64,000 nt of DNA. It comes from Balanoglossus misakiensis (lineage: Eukaryota; Animalia; Hemichordata). Below are positions 40,134-52,853 of this stretch, in pieces. The stretch covers positions 6,081,244 through 6,145,243 of the forward strand of contig CM082597.2 in the NCBI GenBank assembly GCA_040954595.2, in the 5' to 3' direction. Every line of letters begins with the position of its first letter. Positions within the stretch are counted from its first letter, which is position 1. Position numbers and translations under genes: made by a program. A model generated the notes under the pieces. The model saw only the letters and a list, made by a program, of their open reading frames with translations. It was not told the origin of the DNA and ran no database searches.

Positions 40134-41278
40134 GATCTGATGCATATCGGGATCGATCATGGACGGTGTCAATGGACAAACCTTGCCTTAGGCCTCTACA
40201 GCTCCTAAACGACAAATTGTTCAATGATTTTCAATTAAATAATCCATTGTAGCACGTTCACTCCGTGAAATGTAGACACTTAAGTCCTACCTTGTGCTCC
40301 AATGAATAAATAAATACGCAGTGTATAGACTAAAGCAAATCTGTATTTGAATCAATCGTCTTGATTTAGCTTGCAGGATGTGTGACTTTGTTTAAATGTA
40401 TATCCAGGCCTCTGTATGTATTCTGTGAATCTAGTACTATTGCATTATTTCTTGATCAGCAGTGGTCTACTTAAAATTCAGAATATTGTCATTTTCCTGA
40501 TGCATAGACTTTTCGGGGAAGCCCATACATTATGGGGGTCACACAGGTTCCATGGATGACTGACTATGTGGTTGACTAACTGCACTGATAGACTAATAGA
40601 ATCTCACACATCCAAGGACCTGGGATCATATTTCTCACACAAATTAGGACCAGCACAAAAGCTATACATGTACATGTAGTGGAAAACGGCCAAGAGTTCC
40701 ATAACATTTATTTTATAGTTTCGTGTTTCAAAATTCTATGCTGCCATAAAGATTTATTTTTAGAAGTTGATTTAAATAGTCATTCGCTGTAACCTTTGAT
40801 TTGCTAGGTTTTTTTTCCCAGTACAATATGAGGTCTAAGTAGTCTGCACCAGGGTTTTCCCATGGCGCAAGGGAACTCTGCGCCAGGTGTTTCGGACACG
40901 CAATCAGGTAGACTTGCTCCAAGTCTATGGGCTGCATTATGTGTAGGGAACGCTACCCGAAACCACAAGCTTAGTCCCAAATTCGAAACTCACCTCACCA
41001 CCAAAAACACGCTCAAGGCAAGCATGCACGCAAAAAGTATTGCAATTATTTATTAAGACAAAAAAACACACCGAAAACACAAAAAGTATTGAGATTTGAA
41101 AATCACCAAGCGACTAGTGGGCTAGTCTAGCATTCAGGCTGCGCCACCCGTTTGCACCAAGCGACTGCACCACCCTGTTCGTGTACATTGACGCCAACCA
41201 CATGGCGGGGTCAAGTTCTCGTTCGGAGTGAACTATGGGCGGGCTTGAATCCATCATGCAAGCTAGCTCCATGGATCC

Positions 41279-41423
41279 TAGACTCTCTCACAGCCCCTCT
41301 CGTCGTCCATGCAGGCTTATAGTCTGATTGCATGTGTAGGTTAGCTACACAACACCAGGCGGTGCTTCTCCCTTGCCAAACGGTTCAGGGAGCGTAGCGA
41401 ACCGCGGGCTGTGAGAGAGTCTA
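41279..41423. mobile_element. Second copy of the TAG-terminal, 9-bp-TSD MITE
   Basis: tagactctctcacagccc ... gggctgtgagagagtcta. TSD catggatcc at 41270-41278 and 41424-41432. Interior is inverted relative to the 14309 copy. Confidence 0.92.
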
Positions 41424-42579
41424 CATGGATCCGTACAGTCGATTGTAAAATACATGTATGAGGGAATGACCGCGGGGATATTCGTAAAACTGTTGAAGAA
41501 ATCATGGAGCTACTACCATGGTAAAATCCTATACTAAACTGTGTGCTCAACGCTATTGTGTGAAATTAATTTTTAAAGCAAAATATGTCGATAATAAATG
41601 AAATCCGACGATCGACTGACCGACTGGCAGTGAACATGACCGCATAAACGAGTTATGCAATGGGAAGAGGCAAAGATCACGAAAGGTCATCAGTTCAACT
41701 ATTGTTCATATTGATTTTCGCACCAAAGGAGATAGTAGAAAACAACACGTGACATCGTTCACACCTCTTTATGTCAACATGGTGAATTGTACAGTCCAAT
41801 GGCTATCTCCTTGGACGATACCATTACATGTACTTTTCAAGGTGCTTGCAAGAGTAGGACAACATTAGGCATAAAATGTGTTAAATTACTAAAGTTATGC
41901 TGCGATCTGTAGAATTTTAAGTTACTCTCAGTTTTTTTTTATAACCATTGATCCTCACTGCCGTGTTAAACACTACGGGTCAAGATCAGGTTCAAGCACG
42001 CCATGCCTCCAATTTGGCATTGCCCTTGGTAGTCATGGAGACACTGACGTAATCGAAAGAAAGCTATAAAAGAGAACTTTCTGTGCAACGAGCATGCAAA
42101 GAAGAGGATTCTTGTGACACGTAACCTTGTCATCGCATCGCATCGAACTCATCGACAAAGGCATCCGTACGTACAGGTAAGTTTTTTTTTCTATCTGCCT
42201 GTTTGGTCTGACAGAATCTTCATCACGTACTCTTGTTATACGGCAAAACAGGGATCTGGTGACTCTGGTGGACACGACTACACCCCCAGTTACGTTACTT
42301 GAAGAAAATCTGACAAAACCGCTGGAAAATTGGATAGGTTGTAGACGCTAATCCCCCCCCCCCACCCAGAACTCAATAGACCCACAATGCACTGCAAATT
42401 TCCAAGATGGCGTTAACACAGTTTATCCCTATAAACACAGCAGGACAAGATGTTAATGGAATAAAGAATATGATAGAATGTAGGCATTCCTGTCCTGGGC
42501 CACCATCTCAATAAGAAGTATTTCTAAGTATTTAATGCATTTCTTTCAGAACCCGTTTCACCTTCACAAGGAAGACATC

Positions 42580-43206
42580 ATGAAGAGTTTGGTTTTGCTT
42601 CTCAGCTTGGCCCTGTTGGTTTCAATGGTCGTCCATGAAAGCGAATGTTTTACCGCTGGCATTGGTAACGTTGGCAAGATAAGAGATGTCCACAAGAGGG
42701 CGCTCATGTAAGAAATTTTTACTCTGCTATAAGAGACTGTGTTTGCGTGACCATTCCAAATGTCAGTAACATTATGATTTGTGACATTTTTTTTTTGCTC
42801 CAAAACCCTCAAATTCTATCCCACAACGCACCTTGTTTCCAAAATGGCGGTTAAGACAAACCTGCCCTATATTATTTCCCCAGACCCTCTTTCTGGAGTG
42901 CCCAACGGCACACATGTGTAGTTGGCTAAGAAGCGAAGTAGACTGTGCGCTACAATACCAGTACCGCTCAACTGGCATACAAATCTGTAGCATGACGTTT
43001 TGACACTCAATGAATAAATTATCAAATGCACGTTTTCATCAGTCGCTCACTCATGGTGCTGATTCCCAATATTTAGTCTGGTATTCAAAACCTTATTTTT
43101 TCCTTGCAGGAAAGACCTCAAGACGGTGAACCGGGAAGAGGGAATTCGAGGCACGTACCAGCGGAAAGCAAACGTATTGAAGTCTATCTTGAAGGACGGA
43201 AAATAA
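42580..43206 (+). CDS. Small secreted peptide precursor 2 (74 aa), paralog of 38609-40133
   Basis: Coding exons 42580-42707 and 43110-43206: MKSLVLLLSLALLVSMVVHESEC-FTAGIGNVGKIRDVHKR-ALMKDLKTVNREEGIRGTYQRKANVLKSILKDGK*. Same intron position and phase, and the same stop position, as gene 1. Confidence 0.87.
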
Positions 43207-44516
43207 GATCCGATGAACGTCGGGTTCGATCATGGACATTGTCTACGAACAAACCTTGTTTTTATATTGCTCTGAACCACGGTTAATAGAAAAGACCGTG
43301 TCTGAACCAACAACTTTGTGGTCCATGATTTGCTTTAGATTAATCCAATGTATAGCCATCCCTATGCCTTAAAACATCCACAGTGTAGACTAGAACGTTC
43401 TTTTTTTTAAACATTTTTAGAACTTTCTTTCTTATTCTTGATTTGAATAAATTGCAATGCACTGTGTGTGATACTCGCCTCGTGTGTGCATTCTTAAATA
43501 ATCTGGAACTTGGGAACTTTTTTTTGTTTTTATGAGATAAACGATAAAGGCTGATGGTGGTATTAGTGATGTTGGTGGCGATGATGGTTGTTGATGTGGT
43601 GGTGGTGGTGGTGGTCCGGGTGGTTATGGGTGTTGGTGATGAGGTGGGATGGTGGTGGTGGTGACTGACTGACTGACCACTTTCCAGAATGATGTACTCC
43701 TTATTGTTCTCTGGAAGATGAGTGGGAAACATTATTCCAAGACCCTGGAAGCATCGTTAAAACATCCGACAGAACGGCGTCTCGTGTTATTTCGAGGCCG
43801 AGAACCGCCAGGAAGACTCTGCCCCCCCCCCCAAAAAAAAATCCCAAATTGGCGCAAGCTTTTTATCTGCTGCACACGAAGTGCTTAGAAGATATAATGG
43901 GGATTTTATTTTCTCTCAAACAAAAAACAATGAAACATCTGGTGATTTTCAACACCATCTACCAATAATGGCGTCGTATTTGTCACAACTTTTAACTGTT
44001 CAACTAAAAACTGAAATAGAGGAATTGTGAATAATCAAATTTTCAATTGGATGCATCTTAAACTGTATTTTTTGTTGGAAATGCATACTTTAGCAGCTCG
44101 TGGGGCTTTTAAGCTCAGATTATTAATTTTAAACCGGTTATTTTGTTATTTATGTTTTCCATTTGTTCTCTATAATGTAAAATGCTTCTTTTTTACTTGT
44201 ATTTAATTTGTTGTTGTTCCAGTATATATTATTGAGTTACTCTCAGTTTGGACTACGACTAAATGCCTCGCTGAACACATTCCATGTTTAGAATAAAATA
44301 TCACAGGTGGGCTAATGTTGACGTAGATGGCGCTATTCGCCTTCCATTTTCTTGCGCTTGAATCTACATTCGTAACATCCGGCACGTGATCTCGTGTCAC
44401 TCTCCTGAAAATGGGGAAAAACAACGTAATTTTAAGAGATATTTCATTCGTCCATTTTTGTTGCTGTAATGTGTTTCATACATGGCTTCTTGTTCGGCTT
44501 CTTGAGGAACGGTTAA

Positions 44517-44806
44517 AGCACGTAGCTCGTCTCACGCGCATGCGCGTAACTTCCCAGCAAATTTTCCGTTAGATGCATTCAAATAGTGGACTGCCTTCGC
44601 TTCCTTCCATATTTCATGCGCGCCTTCTAAGTAGATTCTGGTTTTGTCCCTCCTTTTCACCCAAGCTAGTGTCTTTTCCGGATCTCCGACACAGATTATG
44701 GTCGCCGCCATCTAGTGTGAGCACTGCCTTATGGGATTGACTGTTCACTAAACGTCTGTAACCAGCGGCTACAGTTGGAACATGCGTGTGAGACGAGCTA
44801 CTCGCT
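44517..44806. mobile_element. Kolobok-type MITE
   Basis: TTAA|agcacgtagctcgtctcacgcgcatg ... catgcgtgtgagacgagctactcgct|TTAA. Confidence 0.85.
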
Positions 44807-45167
44807 TTAAATGCGTAATGTTCTCCATGTGGCCCATATGTGTACGATCGATCTTGTTATTGTTTTAAAATTATAATATAAATCTGGACTTGAAAGCGTT
44901 TTCATCAGTAAAAACGAACGATACACATAGGCATGACTTATTGACAAGTGGAAAACTTGGTGGGTTGGCATACTATAGGGAGAAGAACACGGATATTTAG
45001 TTGATTACCAAATATATTGGAAAAAACAGTAGTGGCCTCCTCTGAATGAATGTGCGCCCTCAACGACCGGGCGAGGCTTGGACTGCGAGCGGGCGCTATA
45101 CATCGTCACAGTAACTAAATGAAGTATAACTTGGCCGAGCCATCAAATTTAATACCCTGCTATACAT

Positions 45168-45342
45168 GTATACCCTTTTCATAAGTCTAGCGCCCTCACA
45201 GAGCCATCATGATTTTGAACTCAAAGCGAGGCAAATGGGGAAAGTTGCCCGATCACATCAATGTGGTTTCCCCATGGGCCTCGCTTTGAGTTCAAATTCA
45301 TGATAGCTGTGTGAGGGCGCTAAACTTATGAAAAAGGTGTAT
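45168..45342. repeat. Hairpin/palindromic MITE
   Basis: ccttttcataagtctagcgccctcaca..catgattttgaactcaaagcgaggc ... gcctcgctttgagttcaaattcatg..tgtgagggcgctaaacttatgaaaaagg. Confidence 0.88.
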
Positions 45343-45451
45343 CGGATAATTTTTGTCATTTATCTGTTTGTATATCAAATGAGAAAGACCCTCGCCGTTT
45401 TCAAGTTTCAATGCACAATGACGGGTTGCAAGACTCATTTGAACAACACAC

Positions 45452-47847
45452 CTGTACAGGTAACACCGACATCTTCATTGTGTCCACAGTTGTGAACTCC
45501 CCAACCTGAACTGCCACACGTAGTAAGTCTGACTTCTCGACCTGTACAAGCGACATCATCCAACCATATTGGATCAGCTCCCTGTCCAAAATGAGCAGTT
45601 GAATGCGCCGATCCTCCACTGCAATTAAGGGGAAATGTTATAAACGGTTGAGAAAAATCAAAGGATGGTTCGACCAATCTCCACTCTTCATGTCTATGTT
45701 CATGTCAAAAAGCAACCGTACGGCAACACACTACATGACAATGCTAAAAAAATTAATAATCGAAGACTGATGGGAAAAGTTGAACCTGTCTATAGTGGTC
45801 AGTAAAGGGACTTCCCTAAACCGGCATTTATAGACAGGAGGTCTTTAAACACAGGCCAATTAATGTTCATGTTAATTGCACAGTGACAGTAACAAAATGG
45901 CCACTATATAGAGGTGGTATACATTCAGGGAGTATAAATAACAAATATGCTGTTAAACGTGCAAATAAACACATGTTTGAGTTTAAAGGAGCACCTTCTT
46001 TATCCGATCAGCCATACAATAAAGAAAAACATATTAACTTGATAAAGATTTCAATGGAAAACAAAAGATGTGTACCATAATTATAACATCCAATGTCAAC
46101 AAGAACTAATGCGAGAACCAGGGATTGGAAATTGCCCCATATAAGTAAATTAACTGTTACAGATTGCTTGCACTTGACGGCAGCAAATGCCACTTTTTGC
46201 ATTAACTTTTATGATTTTACTTTCCAACTTAGATTGGTCCATTTAAATAAGCTTGCTAATAGGTACACATGAACATCTCATCGACGCCCGATTGCGGCCG
46301 TATGTTGCGATTTGAACAAGTGATATATAAAACGGGTGCCGCATCTGTTTAATCAGCCGCCATACAAAGAGTTTATAACTATCGTGGTATGCGTTGCCAA
46401 GAGATGATAAATTGATATGCAAGTAACTAATATGGCATAATGGTGAGAATTTTAAAGGATAGGAAGATGATTTGAAGTATCTTATTGTGGAATAAATATC
46501 TGAAATTTGGTAGCTTTGGGGGCTTTAAACACATGAGAAAAAGGTTAGAGGTCAATTACTGGCCTTAGCGTAGCCTATGTTTTTTAAACTACAGTTTCTT
46601 CCGCAAATAGTGAAGCGAAAGGACCAAGCTTACCTATATCCAAGTTGACGACAAACAACAGCTGCATCCGTGCTGCTAAAACCGTCATCGCAGACTGTGC
46701 CCCATTGATTGCTGTGATAAATTTCTAGACGACCTTTCAGATTTGACGAACCTCCCGCCAAGCGCACAGATCCTTCGGCTGAATTAAAAAGACGACAATT
46801 CTCACTACCTTAAATAGGTTTTTGCTACCTAGGTAAGTTATGAAAATCTGATATGGTCGACCGAATTTCAAGATGGCCGATTTTTGCCATGTTTCAGAAA
46901 TCATGGAAAGTCATGAGCTAAATAAAGTCATATTCGATCATTCTGAAACTTCGTAACAGAAAAAAATGTGAAAAATTGAATGCAAAGACAGAAATTTTTG
47001 ACAAAAGAAAGTCATAAAATAAAGCTAACATATCATTTTCCTATCTCATTACTACAGTGAGGTGCCGACCTTTTACCCCTAATGCAATTATTATAATTTG
47101 ATACGACCCCCTAGCACAACGTGAAAACCTATTTAAGGCAGCCAGAAAATGCACCATGTTTCAACGCTTAAATAAAACACTGGCAGGGTGTAGAAAATAA
47201 ACACTGAAGAATTTATGTGTCGATAAAAAAGAAGCGTGATATGACAGTTATAGTATGGTGGTATAGTCACAGTATTACCCTCAGTGCTTTTTCTGTGTGT
47301 ATTTTTAATGTAGTTAGGAGAGCTTACTCCCAGGTTTTCCGTAAATTGTCTGGTTTTAAACATTCTTTTATTCAGAGCAACAGTGCGATGTTTGTTAATC
47401 TTTCTATTTTAACTTTTGATGAAATACTCCGGAAAAAAATCATTCAGCTTTTTAAGCAGACTCCACCTCTCAAGTAATCCACTTGTAGCCAGTGTTTTAT
47501 CACTATCAGTGTTCTCAAATAGTGGACTTTGGAAGGTTTGGAGTAGACGATTGTTTTGATGTTTTTTATGGTGTTTTGTTTTGCTATGGATTATTTTATA
47601 ATCTGAAATAAAGATGTAATATTAATAATAATAATTAGTTGGTCTAGAAAATAAGATGGACACTCATCAGTTCAACACACCTCCACAGACAACGCCAGCA
47701 TCTTCGCCGTGTCCACAGTTGTGCTGTCCCCAACCTGCACTGCCACAGTAACATAACTCGATTTCAGTACCACCACAAGCAACATCATCCAGCCATATTA
47801 CACCAGTTCCTTGCCCAAAATGTGCAGATTCAAACGCTCTACCACCA
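45452..47847 (-). CDS. Scavenger receptor cysteine-rich (SRCR) domain exons of a DMBT1-like gene or gene fragment (1.5 domains)
   Basis: Exons 47847-47681 ([38 protein letters not shown]), 46778-46634 ([44 protein letters not shown]) and 45618-45452 ([33 protein letters not shown]). Splice phases match. Confidence 0.93.
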
Positions 47848-48425
47848 CTGCAGAAAGTCATAGACAGGCATGAAACAGTTAAATTATAACTCACGTTAGT
47901 TAGGGCAACATTATACACATATTGACTGGCCATGATGGTAACAATATACGTTTGTTTACCCGAGGGATTTTGGATCGCCCCAAAACAGTCTGTTTCGAGA
48001 GGCCGACAGTAGCACAAACTGGGAAATTTTTCCGCTGTCATCAAATCGATCTCAGTCGCAGACGAAATCGCCATCTTTGTTTTCTAAGTGCGCCTGCGTA
48101 GATGGTGCTTCCCAACTTGGCCAGGCAACAGTTTCTCGGAACTTTGGCCTGCAAAATTGATGCACCCCACGTGACTACACATTGGCGAATCCCAACACAA
48201 ATTGCAGATATGTTATCAAATGATTTGTAGCGTGTGTGAGGGATTGTGATCTTTAACCACAACATTGATGATGCCTGAGCCAGAGGCAATAACTGATATC
48301 AGGTCCTGGCTTGTATTCAATTTTCAACAATAACACTTACGAAACAACGTTGTAGAGATTATACTGCCTTCCGTTTCTCCAGCTACCCTCACTTTATATT
48401 CCCCTCTACTTTAGTATTGAGCACT

Positions 48426-48518
48426 TTGTTTGTTTGTATGTATGTATGTATGTATGTATGTATGTATGTATGTATGTATGTATGTATGTATGTATGTATG
48501 TATGTATGTATGTATGTA

Positions 48519-48605
<87 letters not shown>

Positions 48606-48665
48606 ATGTATGTATGTATGTATGTATGTATGTATGTATGTATGTATGTATGTATGTATGTATGT
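48426..48665. repeat. (TATG)n/(TG)n compound microsatellite
   Basis: Visible directly in the sequence. Confidence 0.99.
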
Positions 48666-50912
48666 TCGTACCCTTTATGCAATTCGGGGACATCTCTATG
48701 AAAACAACCCGTGGAAGTGGGGACCTTTTTAAGTTGTGGGACCAAAACCCCGGTCCCACAACTTTTTTGTGCTTATTGTGATCGTTGAGGTCCCAACGTT
48801 ATTTTGGCAGAGTTTTAGCCGGTCCTCCATTTTGTGTGTGTTTTCGCGGTGTGTTTCTCAGTGTGTTATTTTCTTCTAACTCAGGCTAGACTTTTCAAAT
48901 TTGGTGCATGTCGCCACCTAGTGGTCATATTATTACTCATGCGCACTCAGCTGAAGTTTGCAACAAATTATGACAACTTTGAAACATTGTATGTGCGTAT
49001 ACGTGACAAGGGTCACACGTGCATTCATATTGCTGATCATGCTGTTGAGCTGATTCAGAGGTAAGAAAACGTTTTTTTGTTTTTCTTTTTGAATATTTTT
49101 TACCCGCAATCTTCCTGGTCGTTTTTGGGAAGTATTCATTAATATCAGTGACGCATTATTGTGGCCCTGGTGATCTGGGTATCCCTCGAGTATAGGCTTG
49201 ATCATGCGAGGATTGTTATCTAGACTCGAATAAACATGGCGAACTCAAGGAATAATAATGTCATCAGCGTCGGCATCTGTAGAATGCAATCACATTTCGC
49301 TCCGAACAGATATTTCACTGACTCGTATTGCTGGCTGGGAGGAAATGCTTCATATACTTATATTATATAATTATAATTCTTATACATGCTATGCTCTATC
49401 GAAAAAGTCTCGGTTGCATAAGGATGTGAAATTAAATAAAGGAGTACCTGTATTTCCGATCATAAAATCATGAAAAAGTTGATATCAGTGCCACTCATTT
49501 ACTTTCTTTCAAGGGTAAACGTGTTTTTCACTGTGAGAGAGACATTACTGTAGGGCTTTGGAACTCTGGCATTTTCGTCTTGGTTCATCGTTTGGCCTTG
49601 CTACGAAAACAAAGCCAGGTCACTCTTGTGGGGGTGAATTTATTGAGCGAAGCTCTTTATATCGGACTTCCGTGAAATCACGAACTGGTACAGAACAGTA
49701 CTGCGATGCGTGCGACTCGCAGTTTTCCAAAACAACACTGAACTCGAAATTTCCAGAATGTCAGCTCCCAAAATAGTCCATCGGACGCGGGAAACCCAAA
49801 CCGTAAGATTTTGCTACATTTGATGTCAGTTTCACCGGTAATGCATAAATTAAAACTCAACCAAATCCGGTTTTTGCATCAAGCTCAAGCACTACAAACA
49901 CGCGAAAACAACATGTAAATCATCAAAGATATTTCCTTTTCCCAAACTTTACGATAACTCTTTTACATATTAGCTGTAGAGTAGAGCCAAATACTACATT
50001 GAGAAAATGGAGAATGAAAGTATTCCCTACTAAAGGGTTATTATTTCATGGGCAGGGGACATCCATCAATTCATTAATTATTCTTATAGACTTTCGTAGG
50101 AGAAAGGGATGGAGCTAGAGTGCAATACCCGGTGGAAAAAGTCATTATTCTGTGGACTTTGATATGAAAACATTCATGTTACAGGGGACTTCATAATGAA
50201 AACACACATTGATGTGGAGACATTAATACTATTATTATATTATAAAAATACTAAATGAAAGTACTCGACAGAATCATTGTCATTTAACATAGAGCGGGGA
50301 CATTATACTAGCCATCCATTAATATTTGTAAACAACTTTTAATGATTGAGGTGGGGCTTAAGCACAATACCCAGTGGGAAGAAGCTAATTCTGCTAACTT
50401 TGATATGGAAACATTCATGTTACAGGGGACTTCACAATGAAAACACACATTGATGTGGAGACATTAATACTAATGTTATATCAGACAGTTCATTTTTAGG
50501 TGTCTACAGGCCACATGACCTGTTATTCACTAATTACGGCTGCTTACATTACCCATCAATGATTTTCTCACCAATGAAGGGCTATACCTCCTCCAAATTC
50601 CTGTCCTTCCTCAGTCCCCTATCAGTGACAATTTGCCATGTATTTGCATTTTTTTGAATCCCTAATATTATTAAAATGTCAAATGATAGTACTTGACAGA
50701 GACATAATTGTCATTTGACATAGAGAGATGACATTAATCCATCAATCCATTTGTATTTCTGGTAAACAACTTTAGTAGCTGTGGGGCATAAGCACAATAC
50801 CAAGTGAAACAGATTATATTCTGGTGACTTTGTCTTGACATGAAAACATTCATGATATAGGGGACTTCATAATGAAAACACACATTGATATGGAGACATC
50901 AATTTACCACGA

Positions 50913-51121
50913 ATATTATATTATATTATATTATATTATATTATATTATATTATATTATATTGTATTGTATTATATTGTATTGTATTGTATTGTATTATA
51001 TTATATTGTATTATATAATATTATATTATATTATATTATATTATATTATATTATATTATATTATATTATATTATATTATATTATATTATATTATATTATA
51101 TTATATTATATTATATTATAA
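50913..51121. repeat. (TTATA)n pentanucleotide microsatellite
   Basis: Visible directly in the sequence. Confidence 0.99.
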
Positions 51122-51435
51122 TTAAGCAATAAAACACCCCCAGCCATGGTATATCACGAGATTTTGACCAGTTCACGACATATACGCACGAGCGATAGCG
51201 AGTGCGTATATGGAGTTGAACTGGTCAAAATCGAGTGGTATACCATGGCTGGGGGTGTTTTATTGCTATTATATTATGCCAGTATATTGAAACTTTGCAT
51301 AAAACATTTTAAAAAGGCATTTTCTTTAACTATGATATATGACTGTGGTATATGGCTAATATATCACGGTCACGTGTCGTGTCTCGACCAATCAAATAGC
51401 GTGATTTACACCATCAATATACTGGTATAATATAA
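51122..51435. mobile_element. Palindrome-headed non-autonomous element inserted in the TTATA microsatellite
   Basis: agcaataaaacacccccagccatggtata..cgagattttgaccagttca ... tgaactggtcaaaatcg..tataccatggctgggggtgttttattgct. TTATA repeats resume after ~51430. Confidence 0.75.
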
Positions 51436-52853
51436 TATATTATATTATATTATAGAAATGTAAAATGAAAATATACCATGGAGGGGGTCATTTGACAAAG
51501 AGAGGGGACATTAATTCAGAGGTCACGGTAACATTTTTGTTGTGCATATTTTTGACGCATTCATCTGAAAAAACTGCGTCAAGCTCCTTCCAGCCTGCGT
51601 CCTTCGTTCAAACAATTTAACCACAGCATGGTAAACATTACCTATAAATTGATACTTTTTCCGATCACTATCACAAAATTAGCTACATTTTGAGTACAAA
51701 TTTCGCAGGCACAAGTAGATCCCACTGTGGTATTTTTAGATTTAGTCAGCCTGTACGGTTTATGGTGACCATTGTACAACTTGATCGGCTGTTTGTTATG
51801 CGTCAATATTGAGGCAATGAATTAGATTTTCGCTTCAAGAATTTTGCGTTAAATACGCATCCTTTTTGCGTAAACGCGACCACTGTAATTAATCCATCCA
51901 TTTACATTTCTAAAACACTTTAATGGTTGAGGTGGGGCTTAAGCACAATACCCTGTGGGAAGAAGTTTATTCTGCTAATTTTTTTCATTTGGGACTTCAT
52001 AATAAAAACACCCTGTAATGTGGAGACAAATTCTGCTATTCTTAATATGTCATGGAAATAGATGCATGATCGGGAATTTACGAAAAACATTTTTGTTTTG
52101 GAAGCCCGATATTCGGTAGAAAATATCTCAAATGTCGGCCGAAGATCAAATGATCAGGAATTAACGAACAGTTTTGTTTTTTGAGGCCCAATTTTCAGTT
52201 GAAAATGAACACAAATGATGCGAAAACATGAGACCCGGGGCCCCGTCACAAGACACGGTCTACATGCCCCAGTCGATTTCCCATAGAATGGGGACAGTGT
52301 CATGTGACTGACGGCTGTTTTGAAAAGGACAGTGTGTTTCGCATACCACATTTTGGGCTGTAGTTTATGAGGAGAATTAATTGGTTCTTTCCTAAAATGG
52401 TAAAAACAACATGATATAAATATGATGTCTCAAATGTCATATCGTAAAACAAAGAGACCAGTCGCTAAAATTAGACATTGTAAGTTGAAAATGAAATTTG
52501 AAGACGAAAATACTGATAAAATCAAATGACAGGTTTTGTAAAAGGTACAAAAATTGTACAAGACTTGAAAAACAAAAAGGCAGATGTAAACTGATGCAAA
52601 ACAGATTAAAATTCTACAAATATTGTGTACCTTTATGTTTTGTTTATTAGATGTACCTGACGAAGACTACCTGTGTGTAATTGTCAAAACGTTGTATTGA
52701 ATAAATATCAACCAGTAGTTTACCAGTACAGGTTGAGCTGCCTCCTCTATCTTTACTCATGTTGTCAACATTGGTGTGCTCCCATGCTTACATTGAAACT
52801 TTGGTCGTAGTTTGACTGATTCTCCTCCTTTGCCACTCCACAGATCATAGACG

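Larger units (their letters stand above)
50000..52045 (+). repeat. Degenerate ~250-bp tandem repeat, ~4 copies, interrupted by insertions
   Basis: gggacttcataatgaaaacacacattgatgtggagacat at ~50185, ~50426, ~50861 and ~51990, each preceded by gtggggcttaagcacaataccc-like sequence. Confidence 0.85.

Noticed and set aside
48389-48781. Several ~100-aa ORFs (HTYI/MYVC repeats); also 50885..51121
   Set aside because: Translations of microsatellites.
52655-52710. cctgacgaagactac..gtcaaaacgttg..aataaa, resembling a Penelope-type 3' end or hammerhead core
   Set aside because: The GAAA core is degenerate and I could not build convincing stems. At most a decayed relic.
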